In this document: piece by piece, positions 28,414 through 36,666 of the stretch
Layout: the number at the start of each line of letters is the position of its first letter
Position numbering within the stretch: position 1 is the stretch's first letter
NCBI GenBank assembly: GCA_963802575.1
Contig: CAWDJF010000001.1
Location: forward strand, 111,321 to 175,320
Length of the DNA: 64,000 nt
From: Terriglobia bacterium
Lineage (GTDB): Bacteria; Acidobacteriota; Terriglobia; Terriglobales; Acidobacteriaceae
Direction: 5' to 3'
Position numbers and translations under genes: made by a program
Notes under the pieces: generated by a model
What the model was told of the DNA's origin: nothing
Database searches by the model: none
Seen by the model: only the letters and a program-made list of their open reading frames with translations

Positions 28414-29673
28414 CTATCGCCTTAAGACCGCGACCCACTCGCCCGCCGGAATCCTCTCCCGATCTGGCGGAATTACGATGTACGCATTTGCTCGCGCCGT
28501 GGACGCGATATCCCCCGAGCCCTCCCACCGCGCCAGTTCCACTTCGGCGTGCTCGAATTCTCCGGATAGTATGGCCGGCAGAAATCTCTTCAATCCAGTC
28601 TTGGTTTTGATGTCGGATTTCAATCGCGCATGCAGGAATATCAGCTTGCGCGCCGTCATGCCCGCCAGCGCCTCCAGCATCGGCCGCGCGAACAACTCAA
28701 AAGTCACCATCGTTGACACTGGATTTCCCGGCAGTCCAAAGAAATAAGTAGCGTCGGCGTCCCCGCCGGTCGGAATGCGCCCGAAGACGATGGGTTTCCC
28801 CGGCTGAATGCGCGCCCCGGTAAAAAAGAACTCTGCCCCGAACTCCGCCAGCACCTGCTCGACGAGGTCATACTTTCCCATCGACACCCCACCGGTGAGC
28901 AGCAACAAATCCGACTCCAACCCATCCGCGATCAACTCCCGCAATCGTAGAGACTCATCGCGCGCAATGGGCAACAGCACCGGCTCTCCCCCGGCTTCTT
29001 TGATCTGCGCCGCCAGCGAATAACTGTTGGAATTGCGGATCTGGTTCGGTCCCGGGGGAACTTCAATCTCCACCAACTCATCCCCAGTCGAAAGCACCGC
29101 CACTTGCGGTTTCGAGTACACCAACAGATGCGATCTTCCCACCGATACCGCAACCGCGACCGCCGCGTGATCCAGTCGCATCCCCGGCTCCAGCAGTTTC
29201 TGTCCCCGCTTCGCCTCTGACCCGACAGGTACGACGTTGTCTCCCGCACCAACGCCGCGGGTGACCGAAACCCTGTTCCCCTCGCGCGAGGTGAACTCAA
29301 CCATCACGATCGCGTCGACACCCTCAGGGGCAGGCGCTCCTGTCATGATCGATGCCGCCTGTCCCGGTCCCACACGAATCGCCGACTCGACTAACGACGC
29401 TCCTGCCTTGATCTCGCCAACCACCTCAAGCGTAGTGGGAAGGTGTGTCAGGTCTGCTGCGCGCAGCGCATATCCGTCGCGCGTAGCTCGACGGAAAGGA
29501 GGGAAGTTGCGGTCGGCCACGACGGGCTCAGCCAAAATCTGCCCGGCAGCGTCTAGCAATTCCACCAACTCTTTGCCATGCGGACGCACTCCCGCCGCGT
29601 GGGTTTCCACTACATGGCGTGCTTCTTCGAAGGTGAGAACAAGATCGGGTTCCGGCAGCGCAGCCATAAGCAC
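28414..29673 (-). CDS. moeA: Molybdopterin molybdotransferase MoeA
   Basis: FPPFRRATRDGYALRA....GEIKAG.......G.A..IMTGAP.PEG.DA.VMVE; STGDELVE...IRNSNSY; LLLTGGVSMGKYD; GLPGNPVS. Confidence 0.88.
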   Translation of the reverse strand: MLMAALPEPDLVLTFEEARHVVETHAAGVRPHGKELVELLDAAGQILAEPVVADRNFPPFRRATRDGYALRAADLTHLPTTLEVVGEIKAGASLVESAIRVGPGQAASIMTGAPAPEGVDAIVMVEFTSREGNRVSVTRGVGAGDNVVPVGSEAKRGQKLLEPGMRLDHAAVAVAVSVGRSHLLVYSKPQVAVLSTGDELVEIEVPPGPNQIRNSNSYSLAAQIKEAGGEPVLLPIARDESLRLRELIADGLESDLLLLTGGVSMGKYDLVEQVLAEFGAEFFFTGARIQPGKPIVFGRIPTGGDADATYFFGLPGNPVSTMVTFELFARPMLEALAGMTARKLIFLHARLKSDIKTKTGLKRFLPAILSGEFEHAEVELARWEGSGDIASTARANAYIVIPPDRERIPAGEWVAVLRR

Positions 29674-29695
29674 CGATCATACGACAAAGATGACC

Positions 29696-29803
29696 TCCGA
29701 TTTTCAGTTGCCGATTGCCAATTTAGAAATACAAATCAGGTTCTTCGAGAACCACATCCGTAACGGAGGGATTCAATTGGAGATTGAAAATCGGAAATGA
29801 TAC
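29696..29803. repeat. Word-like inverted-repeat element, family D (TCCGATTTTCA.TTGCC.ATTGCCAAT ... AATTGGAGATTGAAAATCGGA)
   Basis: Arms 29696-29725 and 29771-29797 are reverse complements; related copies at 32371-32450 and 33141-33212. Confidence 0.75.
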
Positions 29804-29804
29804 C

Positions 29805-30956
29805 TTACCGCGCCAGCGCTCCCTGCAACTCCTCAGGCTCCGTCGCATACGCCAACGCGACCTCTGCATCGACCACGCCCGCGCTCACCAGCTTCGCGAT
29901 CTCCCCATCAAAGTGCTGCATGCCCTCGGCTGCGCCTTCCTTCATCAGTTGCAGTAAACTCTGCCCCACCAGCCCTGCACTCTCGATATACTGATGCGCA
30001 CGCGGGCTGACTTTCAGAACCTCAAATGCTGCCACGCGACCGGTGCCGTCTTTGCGAGGCAAAAGCCGCTGCGCCACCACATGCCGAAGCGTCTTCGCCA
30101 GCCTCCCGCGCATCGATGATTGCTCGACCGGTGCAAACGCGCCCACAATTCTCTCTACCGTTTTCGCCGCGTCTACCGTGTTGACGCTCGACAGTACAAG
30201 GTGCCCTGTCTCCGCCGCTTCCACCACCATTTCCATGGTTTCGCGGTCGCGCAACTCTCCCACCAGGATCACCTTAGGCGCCTGCCGCAAAGCCGCGCGC
30301 AGGGCCAGTCCGAAGTTCGGAGTGTCGCTGTGCAGTTCCCGCTGGTGAATGGTGGCCCGCTTGTGGTTGTGCAGAAACTCAATCGGATCTTCAATGGTAA
30401 TAATGTGGCATGTTTGCTGCTGGTTGATGCAATCGAGCAGTGCCGCCAGCGTGGACGACTTTCCCGATCCCCGTGGACCGGTGACCAGCACGATCCCATC
30501 GCGCAGGTTTGCGATTTCGCTTAATTGTTCCGGCAGACCCAGCCCGGCGAAGCTCGGGATCGCTGTAGGAATTACCCGCATGATCACTGCGCAACTTCCG
30601 CGTTGAATAAAGACATTCACCCGGAACCGCGCCACGCCCGGCAGCCCGTAAGAAATGTCGCACGACCCCTGCTCCCGCAGCAGAGTGATGGCCTGCTTGT
30701 TGGCCCCGATCAGGTCGGCGGCCAGACGGCGCGTGTCGTCTGCGCTCATCAACGACAGGCCGGGAATCTGCACCGCGATCAGCTGGCCCAACACCTCGAT
30801 CTGCGGCGGCCGTCCTGGAGAGAAAATCAGATCGCTGACCTGCTCACTCGCGCGCAGCATGGCCCCCAGCAGCACCGTCGTGGGCACGGCGCCAGAGCCG
30901 GACGAATACTTGTCGAGTTCAACGGCAATCGGGGCGCTGCCGGTTGCGGCGACCAT
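29805..30956 (-). CDS. pilT: Type IV pilus retraction ATPase, PilT family
   Basis: Walker A GPRGSGKSST, IITIEDPIEF, Asp box/Walker B KVILVGELRD.ET, His box TGHLVLSS. Confidence 0.8.
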   Translation of the reverse strand: MVAATGSAPIAVELDKYSSGSGAVPTTVLLGAMLRASEQVSDLIFSPGRPPQIEVLGQLIAVQIPGLSLMSADDTRRLAADLIGANKQAITLLREQGSCDISYGLPGVARFRVNVFIQRGSCAVIMRVIPTAIPSFAGLGLPEQLSEIANLRDGIVLVTGPRGSGKSSTLAALLDCINQQQTCHIITIEDPIEFLHNHKRATIHQRELHSDTPNFGLALRAALRQAPKVILVGELRDRETMEMVVEAAETGHLVLSSVNTVDAAKTVERIVGAFAPVEQSSMRGRLAKTLRHVVAQRLLPRKDGTGRVAAFEVLKVSPRAHQYIESAGLVGQSLLQLMKEGAAEGMQHFDGEIAKLVSAGVVDAEVALAYATEPEELQGALAR

Positions 30957-31129
30957 AAAGCTTCCTTCGAGGAAGACAAGGCGCGATCAGGGAGGGGGAT
31001 GCCCTGGCAATGAAACTACGCCCGGAATCCAATCTAGCCGATTCCGGACCCCCATTCCACGAAGAACGACATGGACATAGACCTTCGTAACCCGTTGACC
31101 AGGAATGAGATGGAAGCTGGCCGCCAATG

Positions 31130-31152
31130 AAAAAGGGCGGCCGGAGCCGCCC
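31130..31152 (-). terminator. Rho-independent terminator (GGGCGGC-TCCG-GCCGCCC followed by TTTTT on the minus strand)
   Basis: 7-bp GC stem and a T5 tail 24 nt after the 31176 stop. Confidence 0.75.
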
Positions 31153-31175
31153 TAAATTCGCACTAGATAAAGCCC

Positions 31176-32339
31176 TTATTGCTTCTTCGCCGGGGCTTTT
31201 TTCTGCTTGCCGAAACTAGTTTCCACCGAGGCACCGATGCTTGCCAACATCGCCTTGGCTTCTTCGGCATGAGGGCCGGTAGGCTGCAATTCCAGATACT
31301 TCTGGAACGCTTCAGCCGTCCCGTCAGGCGCCACCATCTTGTCGCCCTTCAAGGTCGCCGCGCCAATCAGATTCGTACCCTTCCAGTAGTACGCATCGGC
31401 CTTGGTAGGGTCGGCCGCGATCGCTTTATCGAAGGCATCCACCGCGCTCTGCCGGAGTTTTTCGTCGTTAGTCTTGTTCTGGTTTGTGAGCACCGCGCCT
31501 AGATTGAAGTAGTACTGCCCGGCAGCGGCCGGGTCCAGTTGCGCCGCCTGATTGTAAGACTTGATGGCATCATCCGCCTTGCCGGCTTTGATTTGCGCGT
31601 CGCCAAGGTTGTTGTAATAGGCGGCAATTTTCTTGTTCGCGTCCGGATCTTTCTCTCCCGCCTGTGCCGCAGCCTGCTTTTCAGCAATTGCCTTCTGGTA
31701 GGCATCGATGGCCCCGTCCAGGCGCTTACTCTTTTCTGCCGGATCCGTCTGCTTCGCTGCCGAGCCCCGGTCTGCGTCCCCCAACGTTGCCCATAAAATG
31801 TCGCGATGCGGATCGAGCGTAGTCGCGTCCGTCATCTCCTGGATGGCGGCGTCGAAATTCCCCGCCTTCATGTCATCGCGGGAAGTGGCCAGCTTCTCAT
31901 TCAACTGCTTGATGGTCATGTTCTCTTTGGTGGCCTTTTCGGTCGCTTCCTGCTTCTTCTTCATCTCCTCGGCGCTCATGCCCTGGCCGGCCGCCTGGTT
32001 CTGAAGTTCCTTCTTCAAATCGAAATCGAGAGTGTTCTCGTCAAGGTTGACGGGGACATTGTTAAAGTGGAACATTTCTTTCCCGTCCACGAGCAGCTTC
32101 ACGTTGTATTTGCCCGGTGAAATGCCCAGCGAGAAGTACTCGCCTTTGCCGTTGGTCTTTAAAGAGTATTTTCGGCCGGTTTCAGCGCTGGTCCACTCGA
32201 CAATCGCGCCCGCCAGCGGCTTGCCCTCCGTGTCCTTGCATACGCCCTTCACCGTGCCCGTCGCCTGGGCGAACACCGGCGCCGCGCACAGCCCGACCAG
32301 CACTGCGACTACCAGGATATATATGCAGCGTTGTTTCAT
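31176..32339 (-). CDS. Secreted CarboxypepD_reg-like domain + TPR repeat protein
   Basis: Signal peptide MKQRCIYILVVAVLVGLCAAPVFAQ; TGTVKGVCKDTEGKPLAGAIVEW....GRKYSLKTNGKGEYF..GISPGKYNV; C-terminal TPR-like AI..YQKAI/AYYNLG/AI.SYNQA. Confidence 0.7.
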   Translation of the reverse strand: MKQRCIYILVVAVLVGLCAAPVFAQATGTVKGVCKDTEGKPLAGAIVEWTSAETGRKYSLKTNGKGEYFSLGISPGKYNVKLLVDGKEMFHFNNVPVNLDENTLDFDLKKELQNQAAGQGMSAEEMKKKQEATEKATKENMTIKQLNEKLATSRDDMKAGNFDAAIQEMTDATTLDPHRDILWATLGDADRGSAAKQTDPAEKSKRLDGAIDAYQKAIAEKQAAAQAGEKDPDANKKIAAYYNNLGDAQIKAGKADDAIKSYNQAAQLDPAAAGQYYFNLGAVLTNQNKTNDEKLRQSAVDAFDKAIAADPTKADAYYWKGTNLIGAATLKGDKMVAPDGTAEAFQKYLELQPTGPHAEEAKAMLASIGASVETSFGKQKKAPAKKQ

Positions 32340-32370
32340 ATCGATTGGCCTCCCGGCACAAGACTTAAGA

Positions 32371-32450
32371 ATTTTCGATTTTCGATTTCCAATTGCCAAT
32401 TATGACGCGCCGTCAATTGGCAATCGGCAGTTGGAAATTGAAAATCAAAA
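32371..32450. repeat. Word-like inverted-repeat element, family D
   Basis: TTTTCGATTTCCAATTGCCAATT ... AATTGGCAATCGGCAGTTGGAAATTGAAAA. Confidence 0.75.
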
Positions 32451-32456
32451 GGACGA

Positions 32457-33149
32457 TCAAGTCGTTTCCATCTTTACCGCGTACGGAATCGGATCTTCCG
32501 CTCCCGCCTCGCGAAACGCCTTGAGCCGCAGCACACAGCTATCACAGACGCCGCACGCCCGGTCTTCCTGACTGTAGCAAGACCACGTTAAATCGAAGGG
32601 CGCGCCCAATTCAAGGCCAAGGGTCACAATCTGCGATTTCCGCATGGCGATCAGCGGAGTGACGATCTCAATCTTCCCCTCCTTTGTGCCCGCTTTCACG
32701 ACCTGGTTGAAGGCTTCGTAATACGCTGGGCGGCAATCAGGATACCCCGAACTATCCTGCTCCACTGCTCCTATATAGACCTTGGCCGCATCCAGCACTT
32801 CGGCCCAACTCACGGCCACGGCCAGAAAATGCGCGTTGCGGAACGGTACGTAGGTTACAGGAACATCGTGTCCGATCGTGGCCGACTCGGGCACGGCGAT
32901 ATTCGGATCGGTCAGCGCCGAACCTCCGATCGCCCGCAGTGCCTCGTTGCGCACGACTAATCGCTCGTGAATCCCCAGCCGATCGCATATCCCTAGGAAT
33001 GCCCGCCGCTCCCGTTCCTCGGTCCGCTGTCCATAGCTGATATGCAAGGCCGCCGCATCACAATCACGCGCCGCCAACGCTGCGCAAACACACGAATCCA
33101 TGCCACCGCTGAGAAGAACCACCGCGCGACTTTGAGAGGAGATTGCCAA
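32457..33149 (-). CDS. queC: 7-cyano-7-deazaguanine synthase QueC
   Basis: VVLLSGGMDS PP-loop motif; C-terminal Zn cluster CY......CG.CDSC.LR. Confidence 0.9.
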   Translation of the reverse strand: MAISSQSRAVVLLSGGMDSCVCAALAARDCDAAALHISYGQRTEERERRAFLGICDRLGIHERLVVRNEALRAIGGSALTDPNIAVPESATIGHDVPVTYVPFRNAHFLAVAVSWAEVLDAAKVYIGAVEQDSSGYPDCRPAYYEAFNQVVKAGTKEGKIEIVTPLIAMRKSQIVTLGLELGAPFDLTWSCYSQEDRACGVCDSCVLRLKAFREAGAEDPIPYAVKMETT

Positions 33150-33212
33150 TTTTCAATTTCCAGTTGTCAATTTTGAACTCCGGTTTTCCATCGGCAATTG
33201 AGAATCGGAAAT
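33141..33212. repeat. Word-like inverted-repeat element, family D
   Basis: GATTGCCAATTTTCAATTTCCAGTTG ... CATCGGCAATTGAGAATCGGAAATC. Confidence 0.7.
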
Positions 33213-33217
33213 CGTAC

Positions 33218-33901
33218 CTAGACTCCCTTCATCGCCGGATCCCAAATAAACTTGTGAATCTGCAATCCCAGTCGCGCGGACACATCATCGGCAAGCATCC
33301 ACTCCGCCAATTCTTGCGGATCGAGCAGACAGTGTGAAGCGCTGCGTGTACCCTTCGCGTCCTTGCGAAAGGCTGGAGAGAACAGCACCGCGCCTGCCCG
33401 GTCCGCAAGCCGGTGTTGCGACGAAAAATCCCTGGCGAACTCGTAGTCCACCCGGTCGCTGATCACGAACTTCACTTCATCGTGCGGCCCCAGTGTCTCC
33501 AGATTCTCCACATGAAACGTGTTCGGCTCGCCTGAGTTTGGACACTTTACATCCACAATCTTCACCACGGCACTGGGTACCCGCTCCAACGGACGCTCAC
33601 CGCTGGTCTCAAGCATTACCTGGTAACCCACGTCCAAAAGCCTTTGCATCAGAGGGATGACTTCTCGCTCCTGCAGCATGGGCTCGCCTCCGGTGATCTC
33701 TACCAGTCCTCCGTCAGGGCTGAGTTGTTCGACTTCCTTTAGAACCTCTTCCATCGCCATGCGATGCCCGCCCGTGAAGGTGTATTCGCTATCGCACCAG
33801 GCGCACCGCAGGTTGCAGCCCGTCAGGCGTATGAATACGCAGGGCAACCCCGCGTGCGTAGATTCTCCCTGAATCGACTTGAAAATCTCGGTGATCTGCA
33901 T
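33218..33901 (-). CDS. queE: 7-carboxy-7-deazaguanine synthase QueE (radical SAM)
   Basis: MQITEIFKSIQGES.HAG.PCVFIRLTGCNLRC.WCDS. Confidence 0.88.
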   Translation of the reverse strand: MQITEIFKSIQGESTHAGLPCVFIRLTGCNLRCAWCDSEYTFTGGHRMAMEEVLKEVEQLSPDGGLVEITGGEPMLQEREVIPLMQRLLDVGYQVMLETSGERPLERVPSAVVKIVDVKCPNSGEPNTFHVENLETLGPHDEVKFVISDRVDYEFARDFSSQHRLADRAGAVLFSPAFRKDAKGTRSASHCLLDPQELAEWMLADDVSARLGLQIHKFIWDPAMKGV

Positions 33902-33917
33902 GGCAGTAGCGCCGGCA

Positions 33918-33955
33918 GGGTGCCCCACCTTTCGCGGTTTTCGAAAGGTGGGGAT
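33918..33955 (+). repeat. REP-like hairpin family A
   Basis: GGGTGCCCCACCTTTCG-CGGTTTT-CGAAAGGTGGGGAT, perfect 12-bp stem. Confidence 0.65.
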
Positions 33956-33958
33956 TCT

Positions 33959-34339
33959 CTACCCCTCGGAATAGGTCGCGGTCGTCGTGTCCGTCTCGAA
34001 TACAGTGACGTTCTTCACTCGTACCCGGCCGCTGGTGACGCGCTCCAGTTTGACATTGCTCTCGTCGTAGAAGTACTTCGCCAGATTCTCAGCCGACGGA
34101 TTCAGCACGGTAAACGGCTCCAGATCATTGATCATCTGATGATCGAGCCGCTCGATGACATGCTTCATGACTTCGCGCAAATCTTTGAAGTCGAGCAGCA
34201 AGCCGGCTTTATCCAGTTCCTTGCCCGCCAAGGTGACGCGCACCTTGTAGTTGTGCCCGTGCGGATTCTCGCACTTGCCCTTGTAATTCCGCAGGTAGTG
34301 CCCCGCGGCAAACGTATCTTCGACGGTGACTTCGAACAT
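33959..34339 (-). CDS. queD: 6-carboxy-5,6,7,8-tetrahydropterin synthase QueD
   Basis: F.AGHYLRNY.GKCENPHGHNYKV.V. Confidence 0.88.
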   Translation of the reverse strand: MFEVTVEDTFAAGHYLRNYKGKCENPHGHNYKVRVTLAGKELDKAGLLLDFKDLREVMKHVIERLDHQMINDLEPFTVLNPSAENLAKYFYDESNVKLERVTSGRVRVKNVTVFETDTTTATYSEG

Positions 34340-34641
34340 GCATCCCCTTGCCAGAAATCTCAACGGCTCCCGGCTAACCCTCTATTCTACAGCCCCTGGC
34401 CGTCATGAGGGAAAGGATGGGAGAGGACGGGCTTCCCACCCGAGCCTGGCCTGAATGGTTCCGAAGGGTTACCCGCAAACTGCAACGAAAAGCCGTGATC
34501 GGCCATTTCAGGCAGACGTCATCCTTCGCCCGTCAGGCGGATTTGCACCTACCCCAGTTCGGCGTTCGCGTCGCAATGCCCAACTGAAAGAAAAAGGGAC
34601 GAGCCTTAGCCCGTCCCTTGTGAAAACACACCTTTTAGGCT

Positions 34642-36348
34642 CTATTGCTGTGTATTGCACTTGTAGGTAATGGCCGACAAGTAGTTATTCACCGCATTCA
34701 ACGTCAGGTCGTAGCAACCCCCCAGCGAGTTGTTGAGGAAGTAGTGGTTGAAACTCGCCTGTCCCTGGTTGGAGATGAAATTGAAGTTCTGATCGAATAG
34801 CAGCGTGTCGGTCGTCCCCACCGCATTATTCCGCTGTTTGGTGAACGTTACCTTCCCGTTGGCGGTGTCCGTCGTCTGATAGTGATTCTCTTGATGGATG
34901 TTCGTCGTCTGCGCGATATCGCCATCGATCGTAGGCATCAGTGAAATGTCCACGGTCAACGGATAGCGCGTCGACAGCGAAGTCACCCGCGACCCCGTGC
35001 CATCTTTGATCGTCGTGGTCGAGTAGATCTGAGTGTTTTGCGTGATGTCTTGCACGTAGTCGGTCGCAGTGATGTCGAAATTCTGCGAGTTCGTGAAAGC
35101 GATGTTCTGCGACACGGTGGTGGTCACCTTGCCCGCGGAGCCGTTGACGTAGCCAGTGATCTGGAAGTTACGGTTCGAGGTGACCGAGACTGTGCCCGTG
35201 ATATTGCCTTGACCATCGACATTGATGTTCTCGACCACATTCGGATTCGGTGTCGCGCTCAGATTGTTGTAAGTCACTTTCCCGGAAACTTGTGAGGCAT
35301 TCTGATCAAGAAGAAGCAGCAACGCCGCTGTCGCCGAGAAGTAGTTGTCCACGTTAAACACGCTGAGCGACACCGTGTGCTGCTGACCGTTACTGAGTAA
35401 TCCGGCAAACGGAGTCAGATCCACGCGGTAAGGCACGAAGTTCAGCGTCTGGACACCCGGCAATGGGAACCACAAGAACGGATCGATGCCGCCCGTGAAA
35501 ATCCAGGGAAACACCGGAGCCACTCCCGCCGGCTGCCCATCAATCGTGACCTCCGTCTCGCGGTAAGCCGTTCCCGGACAACTCTGCAATTCGCTCGAGA
35601 CATCGTTGGGAACGCAGGTGTACCAGAACTCATCCGCGTTCTGGCTCTGTGCGTATACATCCAGGAACGCGCGTTGAATGTTCATCGGCAGGGTGAACGT
35701 CGCCGACAAAGTGTCGGTCGGAGATGTCAACGTCACCGTTCCCGGAGTCGACGAGAGCGGCAGCACCTCGTCAAACGGACGCGGGTTCTGCGTCGCGCCT
35801 TGTTCCAGCGGGTAGAACTCCACATCGGCGCTGCCGTAAATAATGCCGGTGTACTGATCGTTGACCAGGTTGCCGATGTCCACCTGTCCCGCCTGGGAAG
35901 TCAGAAACAGCGGCGCGTACTCGGTCAGGTCGCTCTCAACATGCCAGTCAGGGCCGAACGTGGGCGAAGGCTCAGCCGTCGTTCCAAAGTAGATGTTAGT
36001 GCCCCCTAGCCAAATATTGGCCGTGCGATCGAATTGAACTCCCGCCGTGACCGAGAAGTTGCCCTCGAACACAATCTTCCGCCAAGGCCCGGGGCAGCTA
36101 GCTGGAGGCTCATAACTGAAGGATTTGGGATTGAAATCTTCGAAGGCCAGATTGTCGAAAAGCTGCACTTTGCAGGGCGTAGATGAGGGCCGCAACACTT
36201 GAGGATCGGCGGTCACCGTATCTTGTGATCCGATCTGATAAGTTTGTCCAGCCGCAAAACCTTGCACAGAACCGGCAAACAACAAGAAAGCCAGCGTGCT
36301 AATGGCCAGAACGGCTTTCCCTTCATAAACCTCTGAACTCTTAAGCAT
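34642..36348 (-). CDS. Secreted PNGase A-like protein (peptide-N4-(N-acetyl-beta-glucosaminyl)asparagine amidase A family)
   Basis: Signal peptide; blocks FDRTANIWLGGTNIYFGTTAEP, ADEFWY, YRETEVTIDGQPAGVAPVFPWIFTGGIDPFLW and YRVDLTPFAGLLSNGQQHTVSL match my recollection of PF12222; not verified by search. Confidence 0.6.
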   Translation of the reverse strand: MLKSSEVYEGKAVLAISTLAFLLFAGSVQGFAAGQTYQIGSQDTVTADPQVLRPSSTPCKVQLFDNLAFEDFNPKSFSYEPPASCPGPWRKIVFEGNFSVTAGVQFDRTANIWLGGTNIYFGTTAEPSPTFGPDWHVESDLTEYAPLFLTSQAGQVDIGNLVNDQYTGIIYGSADVEFYPLEQGATQNPRPFDEVLPLSSTPGTVTLTSPTDTLSATFTLPMNIQRAFLDVYAQSQNADEFWYTCVPNDVSSELQSCPGTAYRETEVTIDGQPAGVAPVFPWIFTGGIDPFLWFPLPGVQTLNFVPYRVDLTPFAGLLSNGQQHTVSLSVFNVDNYFSATAALLLLLDQNASQVSGKVTYNNLSATPNPNVVENINVDGQGNITGTVSVTSNRNFQITGYVNGSAGKVTTTVSQNIAFTNSQNFDITATDYVQDITQNTQIYSTTTIKDGTGSRVTSLSTRYPLTVDISLMPTIDGDIAQTTNIHQENHYQTTDTANGKVTFTKQRNNAVGTTDTLLFDQNFNFISNQGQASFNHYFLNNSLGGCYDLTLNAVNNYLSAITYKCNTQQ

Positions 36349-36666
36349 TTACTCTCTCCTCGCGCACCGACGGCGCATTCGCTGCGTCACGCCCCTACAG
36401 CTAAACCTAAGTGGTACAAGCATATAACGGGCCATTCGTCTGTCAAGGAGACCAACGGCTCACAGAGGCAGCCCGGGAAGGTGTCAGGAACCGTGACAAA
36501 TGAAAGGCAGAAGTAGGAAGTCAGAATGTGGAAAGCAGGCGGGGCCGGGCGGCGAAATTCTTAGCGTCCTTTGCGGCAGTTCTTGGCGAGACCTTTGCGA
36601 TTTAAGATTTTGAACTCCTGTGAGGAAGGTTACCGACTAACAGGCGTTACTTCTGCTTTCACGTTG

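Noticed and set aside
29696-33212. CRISPR array interpretation of the repeated family D elements
   Set aside because: The copies are imperfect palindromes separated by whole genes, not short direct repeats with uniform spacers, and no cas genes are present.
34340-34641. preQ1 riboswitch upstream of queD
   Set aside because: I could not find the conserved preQ1-I/II features (for example the CCCUC...A-rich tail pseudoknot) on the minus strand; only a possible TAGAAT -10 box is present.
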